36,649 nucleotides of DNA, taken from positions 1-36,649 of IMG/VR virus record IMGVR_UViG_3300025277_000060, one strand, 5' to 3'. The translations under genes were made by a program, and so were the position numbers. Below are positions 25,891-34,763 of this stretch, piece after piece. The stretch is from a virus. Lineage: Duplodnaviria > Caudoviricetes. Numbering within the stretch: the first letter of the stretch is position 1; each line of letters opens with the position of its first letter. The notes beneath the pieces were generated by a model that was not told the origin of the DNA, did not search any database, and was given only the letters and a program-made list of their open reading frames with translations.

Positions 25891-26216
25891 TGCCAGTTGT
25901 TTATTTTGTAGCCTATCTTGTAGTGTGTTTCCATGGGGAATGCACAAGGTTTGAATCAGAACCATACAAAAAGGATATATCTGTTGAGTTCTGCCAACGA
26001 ATGTTACAGCATATGTTCCAAACACAAGTAGGCCCTTACTACGATGAAATCATTGATTTTGAACAGTCTGTTCCTGAAGATCTTCAAATTATTAATTCCG
26101 GTTGTGATACAACAGACCGTGTACCAGAAGCTGAATGGGAACTTATGCCAGATGTAGATAAAGAACCTAATCAGAATGATCTACGTTGGCAGCAGGATCA
26201 GGAGAAGAATATATAA
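25890..26216 (+). CDS. Hypothetical protein with hydrophobic N-terminus and Cys pattern
   Basis: TAATG coupling. Confidence 0.7.
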   Translation: MPVVYFVAYLVVCFHGECTRFESEPYKKDISVEFCQRMLQHMFQTQVGPYYDEIIDFEQSVPEDLQIINSGCDTTDRVPEAEWELMPDVDKEPNQNDLRWQQDQEKNI

Positions 26217-26217
26217 T

Positions 26218-26625
26218 ATGAATTTACTCCCAGAAAAAAAGAAGAAATTAACAGAAGGACAGCAAAAGTTTCTTAACTGTCTTTTTATAAATAATGGAGA
26301 TATAACCAAAGCCTGTGAAGAAGCAGGATATTCTTCAACATCTAGAACTTGGCTTGTAAAGGTTCTAGCTGATGAGATAGTGGAAGTTTCAAAAAAGGAA
26401 CTTGCAGTTAACTCTCCAAAAGCTGTATCTCGTGTTGTGGAATCCATGAATGATGATGGGTTAAACCCACGACAGGAGTTACGTCTTAAAGCAGCTCAGA
26501 CATTATTAGATAGAGTTGGTTTGGGTAAAATAGAAAAACAGCAACATGAAGTACAGGCAATACATGGTATTGTACTCATGCCAAGTAAAAAAGAAATGCC
26601 AGTGGTGGTGGATCATGAGGATTAG
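26218..26625 (+). CDS. terS: Terminase small subunit
   Basis: LTE.QQKFL..L....GD...A...AGYS HTH and RLKAA..LLDRVG patterns; upstream of TerL. Confidence 0.8.
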   Translation: MNLLPEKKKKLTEGQQKFLNCLFINNGDITKACEEAGYSSTSRTWLVKVLADEIVEVSKKELAVNSPKAVSRVVESMNDDGLNPRQELRLKAAQTLLDRVGLGKIEKQQHEVQAIHGIVLMPSKKEMPVVVDHED

Positions 26626-26627
26626 AA

Positions 26628-27176
26628 ATGCAAAAATGGTTGGTCTTTTTTATAGTGGTGGCATTTATAGGTATTTGGCAGGGAGATTCTTTAGCAGAAA
26701 CTAATACTGTTACGAGTACATCTTCTACTGTGTCAGGAACTACTACAGTAGATAGAACGCCTTCAACTGCGAATGCTCCGTCTATAATGAACGGTAATCA
26801 AGATGTTTGTAGTTTTGCTGCATCGGCAGCTATACAAACCCAAATATTAGGTATAGCAGGTGGAGGATCAATAACAGATCTAAACTGTGAAAGATTGAAG
26901 TTAAGTAGAGCATTATACAGAATGGGAATGAAAGTAGGAGCTGTAGCAATGCTTTGTCAGGATGCAAGAGTATTCCAAGCGATGGAAATGGCAGGAACCC
27001 CGTGTCCATATTTTGGAAAGATTGGGATAGAGGCTGCAGAAGGCTGGGCTAGTAATCCTGAAAAAAGACCAGATTATGAAAAGTGGGTAAAGGAAAATAC
27101 TAAAGATGAAGAGTACGTTACGGATGAAGCAGCTTTTGGTGGTTTTGCTGTTTTTCTTATTCTCCTTCTCCTCTAA
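26628..27176 (+). CDS. Exported Cys-rich membrane-anchored protein
   Basis: Signal peptide, Ser/Thr linker, D.C...CERLKL.R.L...GMKV.AV..LCQD.RV..AM..AGTPCP, C-terminal TM. Confidence 0.8.
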   Translation: MQKWLVFFIVVAFIGIWQGDSLAETNTVTSTSSTVSGTTTVDRTPSTANAPSIMNGNQDVCSFAASAAIQTQILGIAGGGSITDLNCERLKLSRALYRMGMKVGAVAMLCQDARVFQAMEMAGTPCPYFGKIGIEAAEGWASNPEKRPDYEKWVKENTKDEEYVTDEAAFGGFAVFLILLLL

Positions 27177-28542
27177 TGCACAAATGCTTGAAGAAGGGGA
27201 CACTATTACTCAGGAAATAGAAACTGAGCATTTGGGTGAAGGACATATTGATACAGTTACACAAACAACAGTAAATGTAGAACATAAGACTACTGAAGAT
27301 ATATTGCATAAAGACACAGGTCTTGTAACAAATCGCTATGAAGGTGATATGGATTTGGACTGGGGTGGTTTAGGTCCAGCAAGTATGCCAAATTGCAATG
27401 CATATTTTGGTACAGGTAAATGTGGTAAAGGAACATCAAACTCTTTAACAACTTTTGATCAGTACGTAGATATATCAGATTTTCATATATCTGATGGTGG
27501 TGCATTAGAATGGGAACTACAAATGTACCATTCACAAAATAATACTACAGGATATTTTCAAACAAAAGGATATAAAAATAACGTACTACAATGGGATACT
27601 GGACAAATTAACTTAGAGAATACTGGTAGTCCAGAGACGTTTTCGGGAAGTTATGATTTTGCAGGAGATTTAGATAAGGTTTTTATAAGGGTAGGAGGAA
27701 AAAAAAATTACTATTTTGATAACGTGGAATATACCGTTAACTACAATTATATCACTACTACCATAGAAACATGGATTGAAATAGTTCAACCCATGCAAAT
27801 GGAAGAAACAATAGCTCTAGATTTGATGGATACATATGAAAGTGCAACAATAGAAGAACAAATAGAAATAGATACCATGATGGAAGAAATGGACATGGTA
27901 ATGCACTTTGAATTAGAACCAATAGATACAAATGATATTCAAATAGAGGGTATGCTTGAAACTGTAGACATGGGTGCTATGGAGGGTATGTTTCAAGATA
28001 TGGACATGGGGGAGATGTCTGTAGAAGATGTTGTGGTTGAAATAGAAGCGATGGTAAATGACATAGGATTAGAAGTAGAGACTGTAGAAATAGAAATGCC
28101 AGAAATAACTGCAGAACCCGTAGAAGTTATTGAAGAAATAAAGGAGACAACCGATGTTGCTGAGATGGAAACTTCAGAAGTTGAAGATAAAGTTACAGAA
28201 GATACAGAGTCTCCTAAAGAAGAAGTTGCTGACACTAAAGAAGTGGTAGAAAATAAACCAACAAAAGAACAAGAGCAAAAACAGGAAAAGGCAAAAGAGA
28301 TTATAGCTGGACTACCAAATAGTTATAATCCAACAACGCAAATTACAACATTAGCTCTTGTAAATGCACTAGGTCCTGATATAAAGACATATCAACAGGA
28401 AATGGTAGTTACACAACCAACATGGTATGTACCTGAAGATATATACGAAGATGTTCTTATTCACGATCCTTTAGGAGACTACATAAGTGTACGAAGTAAT
28501 CTCCAAATGGAAAGGATGATACAACAACAGTATGAACAATGA
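27106..28542 (+). CDS. Exported acidic protein (beta-rich domain plus Glu/Met-rich stalk)
   Basis: Signal peptide ending SNA-Q; start may be the second Met (MKQLL). Confidence 0.8.
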   Translation: MKSTLRMKQLLVVLLFFLFSFSSNAQMLEEGDTITQEIETEHLGEGHIDTVTQTTVNVEHKTTEDILHKDTGLVTNRYEGDMDLDWGGLGPASMPNCNAYFGTGKCGKGTSNSLTTFDQYVDISDFHISDGGALEWELQMYHSQNNTTGYFQTKGYKNNVLQWDTGQINLENTGSPETFSGSYDFAGDLDKVFIRVGGKKNYYFDNVEYTVNYNYITTTIETWIEIVQPMQMEETIALDLMDTYESATIEEQIEIDTMMEEMDMVMHFELEPIDTNDIQIEGMLETVDMGAMEGMFQDMDMGEMSVEDVVVEIEAMVNDIGLEVETVEIEMPEITAEPVEVIEEIKETTDVAEMETSEVEDKVTEDTESPKEEVADTKEVVENKPTKEQEQKQEKAKEIIAGLPNSYNPTTQITTLALVNALGPDIKTYQQEMVVTQPTWYVPEDIYEDVLIHDPLGDYISVRSNLQMERMIQQQYEQ

Positions 28543-29119
28543 GGTTGAATACAGAGGTGTAAAAATACGTGGAGGTAAATTAAAGTTATTAATACTTTTA
28601 CCTTTACTTGGAACAATTGCCGGTAGTATCTGGGCAGGTTTTGAAGGATATGCTCGGTGGATTCAAATGGAAGAAAAAATAAATGAGTACGTGGCTCCTG
28701 ATCTTACTACTTTTACTGTAAAGTTAGATGTATTAGAAGAAAGACTAACTTCATTAGAAGAAACAAATAAGGTAGAAATAAGAACGGTTAAAGAATTAGT
28801 AGGCTCTGCACAGAGTGATGCTAGAACAATACGAATAGATTTACGCAAAGATATTAACGAAGTACAAGATCAGATAGCAGGTGTAGACAAACGATCTCGT
28901 GATATGGATACAAGTATACGTTCTTCGTTGAGGCAGACAGAAACAGATTTACGCACAATGATTGATCATGCTTCAGATAGATTTGATTCAAAAAGAACTG
29001 CTATAGAACAAGATGGACAAAGAAGAATAGAAACTATTGATATTAAATTGACAGAACTAGAGGAACGGTTGAGAACAATGTTAGAAAGAGCATTAAATAA
29101 CCCCTTGGCAGGCCAGTAA
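28532..29119 (+). CDS. N-terminally anchored coiled-coil membrane protein
   Basis: TM near the N-terminus, long heptad region, C-terminal LNNPL. Confidence 0.8.
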   Translation: MNNEVEYRGVKIRGGKLKLLILLPLLGTIAGSIWAGFEGYARWIQMEEKINEYVAPDLTTFTVKLDVLEERLTSLEETNKVEIRTVKELVGSAQSDARTIRIDLRKDINEVQDQIAGVDKRSRDMDTSIRSSLRQTETDLRTMIDHASDRFDSKRTAIEQDGQRRIETIDIKLTELEERLRTMLERALNNPLAGQ

Positions 29120-29223
29120 TGGAAGATAAAGAAAAATGCTGTGCTTGTGAAGACTGTACTTGTGAAAATTGTACATGTACAGAAGAAGGCCCTTGCGAAT
29201 GTTCAATAAACAAAAGGAGATGA
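29119..29223 (+). CDS. Metallothionein-like Cys-rich peptide (34 aa, 9 Cys)
   Basis: MEDKEKCCACEDCTCENCTCTEEGPCECSINKRR; TAATG coupling; not in the ORF track. Confidence 0.75.
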   Translation: MEDKEKCCACEDCTCENCTCTEEGPCECSINKRR

Positions 29224-29396
29224 GTATGCAAGAACTGATGAATCGCTTTAAAGAACCTTCATCTTATGCTGCACTAAGTGCTGTATTTGCGATGTTAGGT
29301 ATTATGGTACCAACTGATTTATGGCAAAGTGTTGTCATGGTTTGTTGTGGTGCTGCTGGAGCAATTGGTTTCTTCATTAGAGAGAAGAAAGACTAA
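29220..29396 (+). CDS. Putative holin (two TM)
   Basis: RFKEPSSYAAL motif, two hydrophobic helices, basic C-terminus; starts at 29220 or 29226 after AAGGAG. Confidence 0.55.
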   Translation: MSMQELMNRFKEPSSYAALSAVFAMLGIMVPTDLWQSVVMVCCGAAGAIGFFIREKKD

Positions 29397-29398
29397 TT

Positions 29399-29635
29399 GT
29401 GTCCTTGGAAGCATTAAAACAAAAGTATAAAGCAGAGATTGCAGTAGCAAAAGCTAATCTTGATGTTTTGATGCATAAGGCTGTAGGTATTGGAGAACAT
29501 TCTGATATTACAGCTGAAATGGATAAATGGATTGGGGCTATTGCTGATAATCAAGATAAGATTGCAGCAATAGATTCCCTGTATAGAATTGATGAATCAC
29601 AAGGTGATCTATTTAAAGATGCAAAACGATGGTAA
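29399..29635 (+). CDS. Conserved phage hypothetical protein
   Basis: VGIGEHSDI motif between helices. Confidence 0.75.
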   Translation: MSLEALKQKYKAEIAVAKANLDVLMHKAVGIGEHSDITAEMDKWIGAIADNQDKIAAIDSLYRIDESQGDLFKDAKRW

Positions 29636-29867
29636 GATTAAAAGAAAAACTAGTACAATACCTTTCGGATATACTCTGGATACAGAAGATGAAAAACTCT
29701 GTAGTCCAATTCCGGAAGAACTGCAAGCGTTGGATCAGGCTTTGATATACGCTAAATCATGTGGCTGGAGAAAAGCAAGTCAGTGGTTACTAGCAAAGAC
29801 TGATAGATATATGTCTGATGAAGGATTAAAAAAACGTAGTAAACTAGGGGTGTATTTAAGTGAATAA
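29619..29867 (+). CDS. Small putative DNA-binding protein
   Basis: IPFGY...P.EL..L...R.A..WL...T.R..S..GL.K pattern (recombinase-associated HTH-like). Confidence 0.6.
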   Translation: MQNDGKIKRKTSTIPFGYTLDTEDEKLCSPIPEELQALDQALIYAKSCGWRKASQWLLAKTDRYMSDEGLKKRSKLGVYLSE

Positions 29868-30428
29868 GAAGTATAGTAATCCACCTAGATCACCAAAGAC
29901 TTATATTATAGGTAATATATCAGGTATTAAAAAAGGAGTATCTAAGTTAGATTTAGATGGTAATATGTATATACCTTTAAGTCCTACTAATGATATTGGA
30001 GCATGGTTAGGAGGATCTGAAAGAAGAAGTCAAAGTGATCGGAATACTTTTTATTCTACTATTAATCAAGAAGTAAAATTTAGAGCTAGAAATGCAGGTT
30101 TTAAATTTAAAAATATTAAATTTAATCCCATAAAGGAAAGTGGAAAGAACAACATAAATTTGGACCTGAGGAAAGAGGAGGAGTTTTTAAATCAGATATA
30201 GGAAGATCACTTGAATTTAATGTATCTGATATAAAAGTAAATAAGAGTGGAACATTAACTGCAAATATTAATGTAGGTTTTAAAAGAGGGCATGTACCAG
30301 TTGGACAGGATGGTATATTTACCCCCGATCCAATGTTTAAGAATATTCATGATCAATATAGACAAGTTGGGCTCGGTCCAGAACATGAAACTGTAGGAAC
30401 AATTGGATTTAAATATACATGGCCATAA
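29860..30428 (+). pseudogene. Frameshift-interrupted gene, possibly a beta-barrel-like protein
   Basis: Frame ends at TAG 30201; the -1 frame is open 30126-30428 with typical codon usage and ends VGTIGFKYTWP. Confidence 0.55.
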
Positions 30429-32044
30429 CAACTAAAAACATAGCAAAATATGCACGTAAAGCTGTATCTACAAAGCTATCTAATGCAAAAGCCAAAGCAA
30501 AAAAAGAATCAAAACGTGCTAGAAATGCACGGTATAGGGCGAATAAACTACAAGAAAGTATAGGAAAAATAGATGCAGCCCTAAAAGGAGCTGGAAAAGA
30601 GCCAGTAACAGAAGAAGAACTACTTGCATTACCAGAAAAAGTAAGAAACCATGTTGCAGAGAATGAAGTAGTCTTTAAACCTAACGATGGACCACAATCT
30701 AATTTCTTAGAAAGCCCTGAAAGAGATGTTTTGTATGGTGGAGCAGCTGGAGGAGGCAAATCTTATGCACTTTTAGCTGATGTTTTAAGAGAAGTAGGCA
30801 ATCCCAATCATAGGGGACTACTTTTAAGACGTACTTTACCGGAATTAACAGAACTTATAGACAAAAGCAGACAACTCTATACACAAGCAATGCCCGGAGC
30901 AGTGTTTAAACAGGCAAAATCAACGTGGGAGTTCCCTTCTGGGGCAAAAATATGGTTTTCTTATGTTGATGATGATAGAGATGTAACAAGATACCAAGGA
31001 CAAGCATTTAATTGGATAGGAATAGACGAAATAACACAATATCCTACTCCATATGTATGGAATTACCTAAGATCTAGATTAAGAAGCACCGATCCAAAAC
31101 TTGGTTTATATATGAGATGTACAGCAAACCCCGGTGGTGTAGGAGGTTGGTGGGTAAAAAAGATGTATGTTGATCCTGCACCCCTAAATAAAGCATTTTG
31201 GGCAAAAGAATTTGATAGTGAGAAGACAATAAGGTATCCAATTGGTCATGTAAAAGGAGGACAACCTTTATTTTTAAGGAAGTTTATACCGGCTAGGCTA
31301 ACAGATAATCCTTACCTTGCATTAGATGGTCAGTATGAAGCAATGCTGCTTTCATTACCTGAAGTAGAAAGAAAACGACTTTTAGAAGGAGATTGGGATG
31401 TTGCAGAAGGTGCAGCGTTTACAGAATTTAGTAGATCATTACATGTTACAGAAACATTTGAACCCCCTGATAATTGGGCTAGGATACGTGCCGGAGACTA
31501 TGGTTATAGCAGTCCCTCTTGTGTTCTTTGGGGTGCTATAGATTGGGATAGTAATATCTGGATTTATAGAGAACTGTATATAAAGAATAGAACTGGTGAA
31601 AGCTTAGGCGATCTAATACTGGAAATGGAAAGAAATGATCCACAAATGCAAATTTCTGTATTGGATACAAGCTGTTGGAATAAAGTAGGATTAGGACCTA
31701 GTATAGCAGAAACAATGAATAGAAAAGGTTGTAGATGGATACCAGCTGATAGAAATAGATTAGCAGGTAAAATAGAAATTCACAGAAGGTTAGCTTGTGA
31801 TAGTAATGGACAACCAAGAGTACGAATTATGGATATATGTACAAATTTAATTAGAACGCTACCTGTGTTACCTCTTTCAAAGCATAATCCAGAGGATGTA
31901 GATACAAGAGCTGACGATCACGCATATGATGCATTGAGATACATGATGATGGTGAGATCATTGCATAATGCAAGTACACCGTATTATTCTAATAGACAAA
32001 TGCAAAGACATGTTCCTGCATTTAGTGAGGAGTTTGGATACTGA
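30419..32044 (+). CDS. terL: Terminase large subunit
   Basis: Walker A YGGAAGGGKS, Walker B IGIDE, TANPGG, nuclease GDYG and DHAYDALRY. Confidence 0.95.
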   Translation: MAITTKNIAKYARKAVSTKLSNAKAKAKKESKRARNARYRANKLQESIGKIDAALKGAGKEPVTEEELLALPEKVRNHVAENEVVFKPNDGPQSNFLESPERDVLYGGAAGGGKSYALLADVLREVGNPNHRGLLLRRTLPELTELIDKSRQLYTQAMPGAVFKQAKSTWEFPSGAKIWFSYVDDDRDVTRYQGQAFNWIGIDEITQYPTPYVWNYLRSRLRSTDPKLGLYMRCTANPGGVGGWWVKKMYVDPAPLNKAFWAKEFDSEKTIRYPIGHVKGGQPLFLRKFIPARLTDNPYLALDGQYEAMLLSLPEVERKRLLEGDWDVAEGAAFTEFSRSLHVTETFEPPDNWARIRAGDYGYSSPSCVLWGAIDWDSNIWIYRELYIKNRTGESLGDLILEMERNDPQMQISVLDTSCWNKVGLGPSIAETMNRKGCRWIPADRNRLAGKIEIHRRLACDSNGQPRVRIMDICTNLIRTLPVLPLSKHNPEDVDTRADDHAYDALRYMMMVRSLHNASTPYYSNRQMQRHVPAFSEEFGY

Positions 32045-34473
32045 TGGCTGAAGAAGAATTTGAAAAAACCATAATTGGTGAAGGTATAACACCACGTATA
32101 GAAGGATTAACTACTGATGAAGTAGATGAATTACTAGCATACAGAACAGTATATAATGCTCTATTTACTGATAAAAAAATTCCTTCAGTATTAGAATTAC
32201 AAAAAAAAGCAAAAGAAGATACTCTTACAATTAGAGATGCTATAGCTAGTAGATTTTATGTACAGGGAATAATCCACGATGATATAAAATCTTTTGATAA
32301 TTTTCCTAAAGAAGACATTGCTAAAATTAAAGAAATTTATGCTGTTTTTCCAGATGCTTCTAAAGGTAAAGGTAAAGCATTAAGAACTGTAACGGGGCAT
32401 GCAGATGTTATTAATAAATTTAATAACTTTTTAAAGAAACACAGAAGCTTTGACAATTTACGATTTGATACTTTAATGTCTGATGTTGAAGGAAGTATAC
32501 TTGAATTAAAACAATTAAATAAAACTTTACCAAAAAAAGATAAAATACCAAATATTACTTGGTTAGAAAGTGGTTTTATAAAACCATTTAGAAAAGTAGA
32601 TGGAATAAAAGAAAAATTACTTTCTGGTGATATTTTTCAAGAAACAGAAGGTGCAGGTTCACGTATATTTACAGGAGATATACCCGGTAAAGAAGTTATA
32701 GGTATAATACTTAGAGGAATAAGCAGAATAGAAGATCCAGAATTAAAAAATGCAGCAATTTTAGGACTATTTGGTCAAAGGGCAGAAGCTCTTATGAATA
32801 TGAAAAAAGATCCTATATCAGCATCAAAATTTAAAGGAAAAATTAGACCTTGGTATGATATAAATACTGGAATTATACATAATCCTACAGATATGCCTAG
32901 TATAATAGAAATTGGTGGAAGAAAACGATTACCTCCATCATCTCAGGTAGGTCCATTATTGCGACAAGTATTAGCTCAACAACATTTTATAAGTAAGGGC
33001 AAAGAGGAAATGTTTCCAAATTTAAGAGCTACCAATCTTACAAATATTATAAATAATGTTGTCCATAATAGTGGAGGAATATCAAACTATCCACCAGAAC
33101 TTGTAAAAACACTCGGAAGAAAACTTTCTGGTTTTACTGATTTTCGTAGATTATTTGCATCAATTATGATTAATGAAGTTGCTGATCAAACAACTGATCC
33201 TACAAAAAAGAAAGAATTATATAAACTAGCAAATAAAATGCTAGGACATGGAACAACAAAAAAAATGACTTTAGATGAAATAGATGATCTTCAATATAAA
33301 GTATTAACAGACCATTACGCTATATTAAAAGATAGTAAAACTAAAATTGCTGATAATAAAATTCCTATATTAATGGAAACATTTATGGCAGATGCTATGA
33401 ATGCTGTAGATGATAGAGGCCAATTAAAATCTAATAGATTAGCAGCTATATTAAATATAGATGTACCAGAAAATTTTGGTCATATTTATACTAATACAAT
33501 AGAGGGTGAGATAATACAAGAAACTCCAAATGTAATAGAACGTAATGAAACAGTACAACTTAAAAGTGATACTAAAAAACTTATAGAAACAACTAATACT
33601 AAAAATATTCAAAAACAAATTTTAGGTAATATAAATGAAACTATAGAAGTAACTCAAGGAATAGAAGAAGGTGCAGTAAAATTAGAAGAAAAGGGCTGGG
33701 TTGTAGATAGAGCAACTGGAAAAATGATTCCTCCAGAAAAAGAAATTACATTAACTGATAAACAACAAAGTCTTTATGATAAATATATAAATCCCACTCC
33801 TAAAGAGATAGAGGAACAAGATATTCAAGAGCAATTAGCTAAAACTGGAACAAGAGAAGAACAAACTATAGCACGACTTGCTGGTAAATTAGGTGTTTCT
33901 ATAGAACAGGCAACAGACATAGTTAAAAATAATAAAACTAAATATTTAACTAAAGATCAAATAAAGAAGGTATCACCATCATTGAGAAAAACATATGGTT
34001 TAAAAGATTATAAAAATGCTGCTTCACAAGAAGATCTTAATAAAATGGCTAAAGGTTTAGGTATAAAATTTAAAAAGAATGTAGACCCTAATAAACTTGA
34101 TGAAAAAATGAGAAAAAAATTAATAGGAAAACTTGGAGGTATTGGAAAAGTTTTATTTTTATGGAGTATATTTACCGGATTTAAACGTGCAAAATTTATA
34201 AAAGAAGAAGTTCCTGTAGAAATGTTTGAACCTAGATTAACAGAGGAAGGCAAAATGCCTTTTGCTGATCAAATGTTTGACGTTTTTGGAGAAGGTGCTA
34301 CTAGTAAGAAAAAATGGAGAGTAGCATATGAAAAATATGCTGGGTTTATTCCATGGTCTCAGCATCTTCCTCCGGATGTTGCATTTGGAACAGGAATGGA
34401 AGAAGAACATTATGAAGAAGTATTAGAAGAAGGCTTCGCAAAAGAAGTAGAAGGAGGTCCATTTGGATCTTAA
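32044..34473 (+). CDS. 809-aa protein with a central tyrosine-recombinase-like catalytic domain
   Basis: GQR246AEAL, GGRK294, TDFR368RLFAS, MLGH402 and DHY425 in canonical order. Confidence 0.65.
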   Translation: MAEEEFEKTIIGEGITPRIEGLTTDEVDELLAYRTVYNALFTDKKIPSVLELQKKAKEDTLTIRDAIASRFYVQGIIHDDIKSFDNFPKEDIAKIKEIYAVFPDASKGKGKALRTVTGHADVINKFNNFLKKHRSFDNLRFDTLMSDVEGSILELKQLNKTLPKKDKIPNITWLESGFIKPFRKVDGIKEKLLSGDIFQETEGAGSRIFTGDIPGKEVIGIILRGISRIEDPELKNAAILGLFGQRAEALMNMKKDPISASKFKGKIRPWYDINTGIIHNPTDMPSIIEIGGRKRLPPSSQVGPLLRQVLAQQHFISKGKEEMFPNLRATNLTNIINNVVHNSGGISNYPPELVKTLGRKLSGFTDFRRLFASIMINEVADQTTDPTKKKELYKLANKMLGHGTTKKMTLDEIDDLQYKVLTDHYAILKDSKTKIADNKIPILMETFMADAMNAVDDRGQLKSNRLAAILNIDVPENFGHIYTNTIEGEIIQETPNVIERNETVQLKSDTKKLIETTNTKNIQKQILGNINETIEVTQGIEEGAVKLEEKGWVVDRATGKMIPPEKEITLTDKQQSLYDKYINPTPKEIEEQDIQEQLAKTGTREEQTIARLAGKLGVSIEQATDIVKNNKTKYLTKDQIKKVSPSLRKTYGLKDYKNAASQEDLNKMAKGLGIKFKKNVDPNKLDEKMRKKLIGKLGGIGKVLFLWSIFTGFKRAKFIKEEVPVEMFEPRLTEEGKMPFADQMFDVFGEGATSKKKWRVAYEKYAGFIPWSQHLPPDVAFGTGMEEEHYEEVLEEGFAKEVEGGPFGS

Positions 34474-34502
34474 TTTAATAATAACTAAAAAGGGAGGCAA
34501 TT

Positions 34503-34739
34503 ATGCCAAAAGGAGTAGAAGGAGCATACCGTTCCGATTACGTTACACGTAGTGTTAAACAAGGTGAATTTAATGAAGCTAATGAAGCTGCATTACACCG
34601 TTATCCTTTAGAGAAAGATGTAATGGGTGCAAACTCTGGTGCATTCCAGCAAACTCAAGATTCACCATCATCTAAAACTAATCATAGAGGTGCTGCTAGT
34701 AAAATAGAAGGTAAAGTAACTCAAGGTGAACACGGATAA
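34503..34739 (+). CDS. Small hypothetical protein before the portal
   Basis: GGGAGG RBS. Confidence 0.75.
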   Translation: MPKGVEGAYRSDYVTRSVKQGEFNEANEAALHRYPLEKDVMGANSGAFQQTQDSPSSKTNHRGAASKIEGKVTQGEHG

Positions 34740-34763
34740 TTAAGTCAAAATAAGGAAGATAAT

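Noticed and set aside
513-34253. Numerous 60-150 aa ORF-track entries antisense to, or nested in, long genes (e.g. 1064-1375, 1793-2233, 9736-10182, 14918-15400, 27993-28235, 30409-30759, 34008-34253)
   Set aside because: Shadow ORFs of well-supported genes, with Ser/Phe/Ile-biased composition and no RBS or motifs
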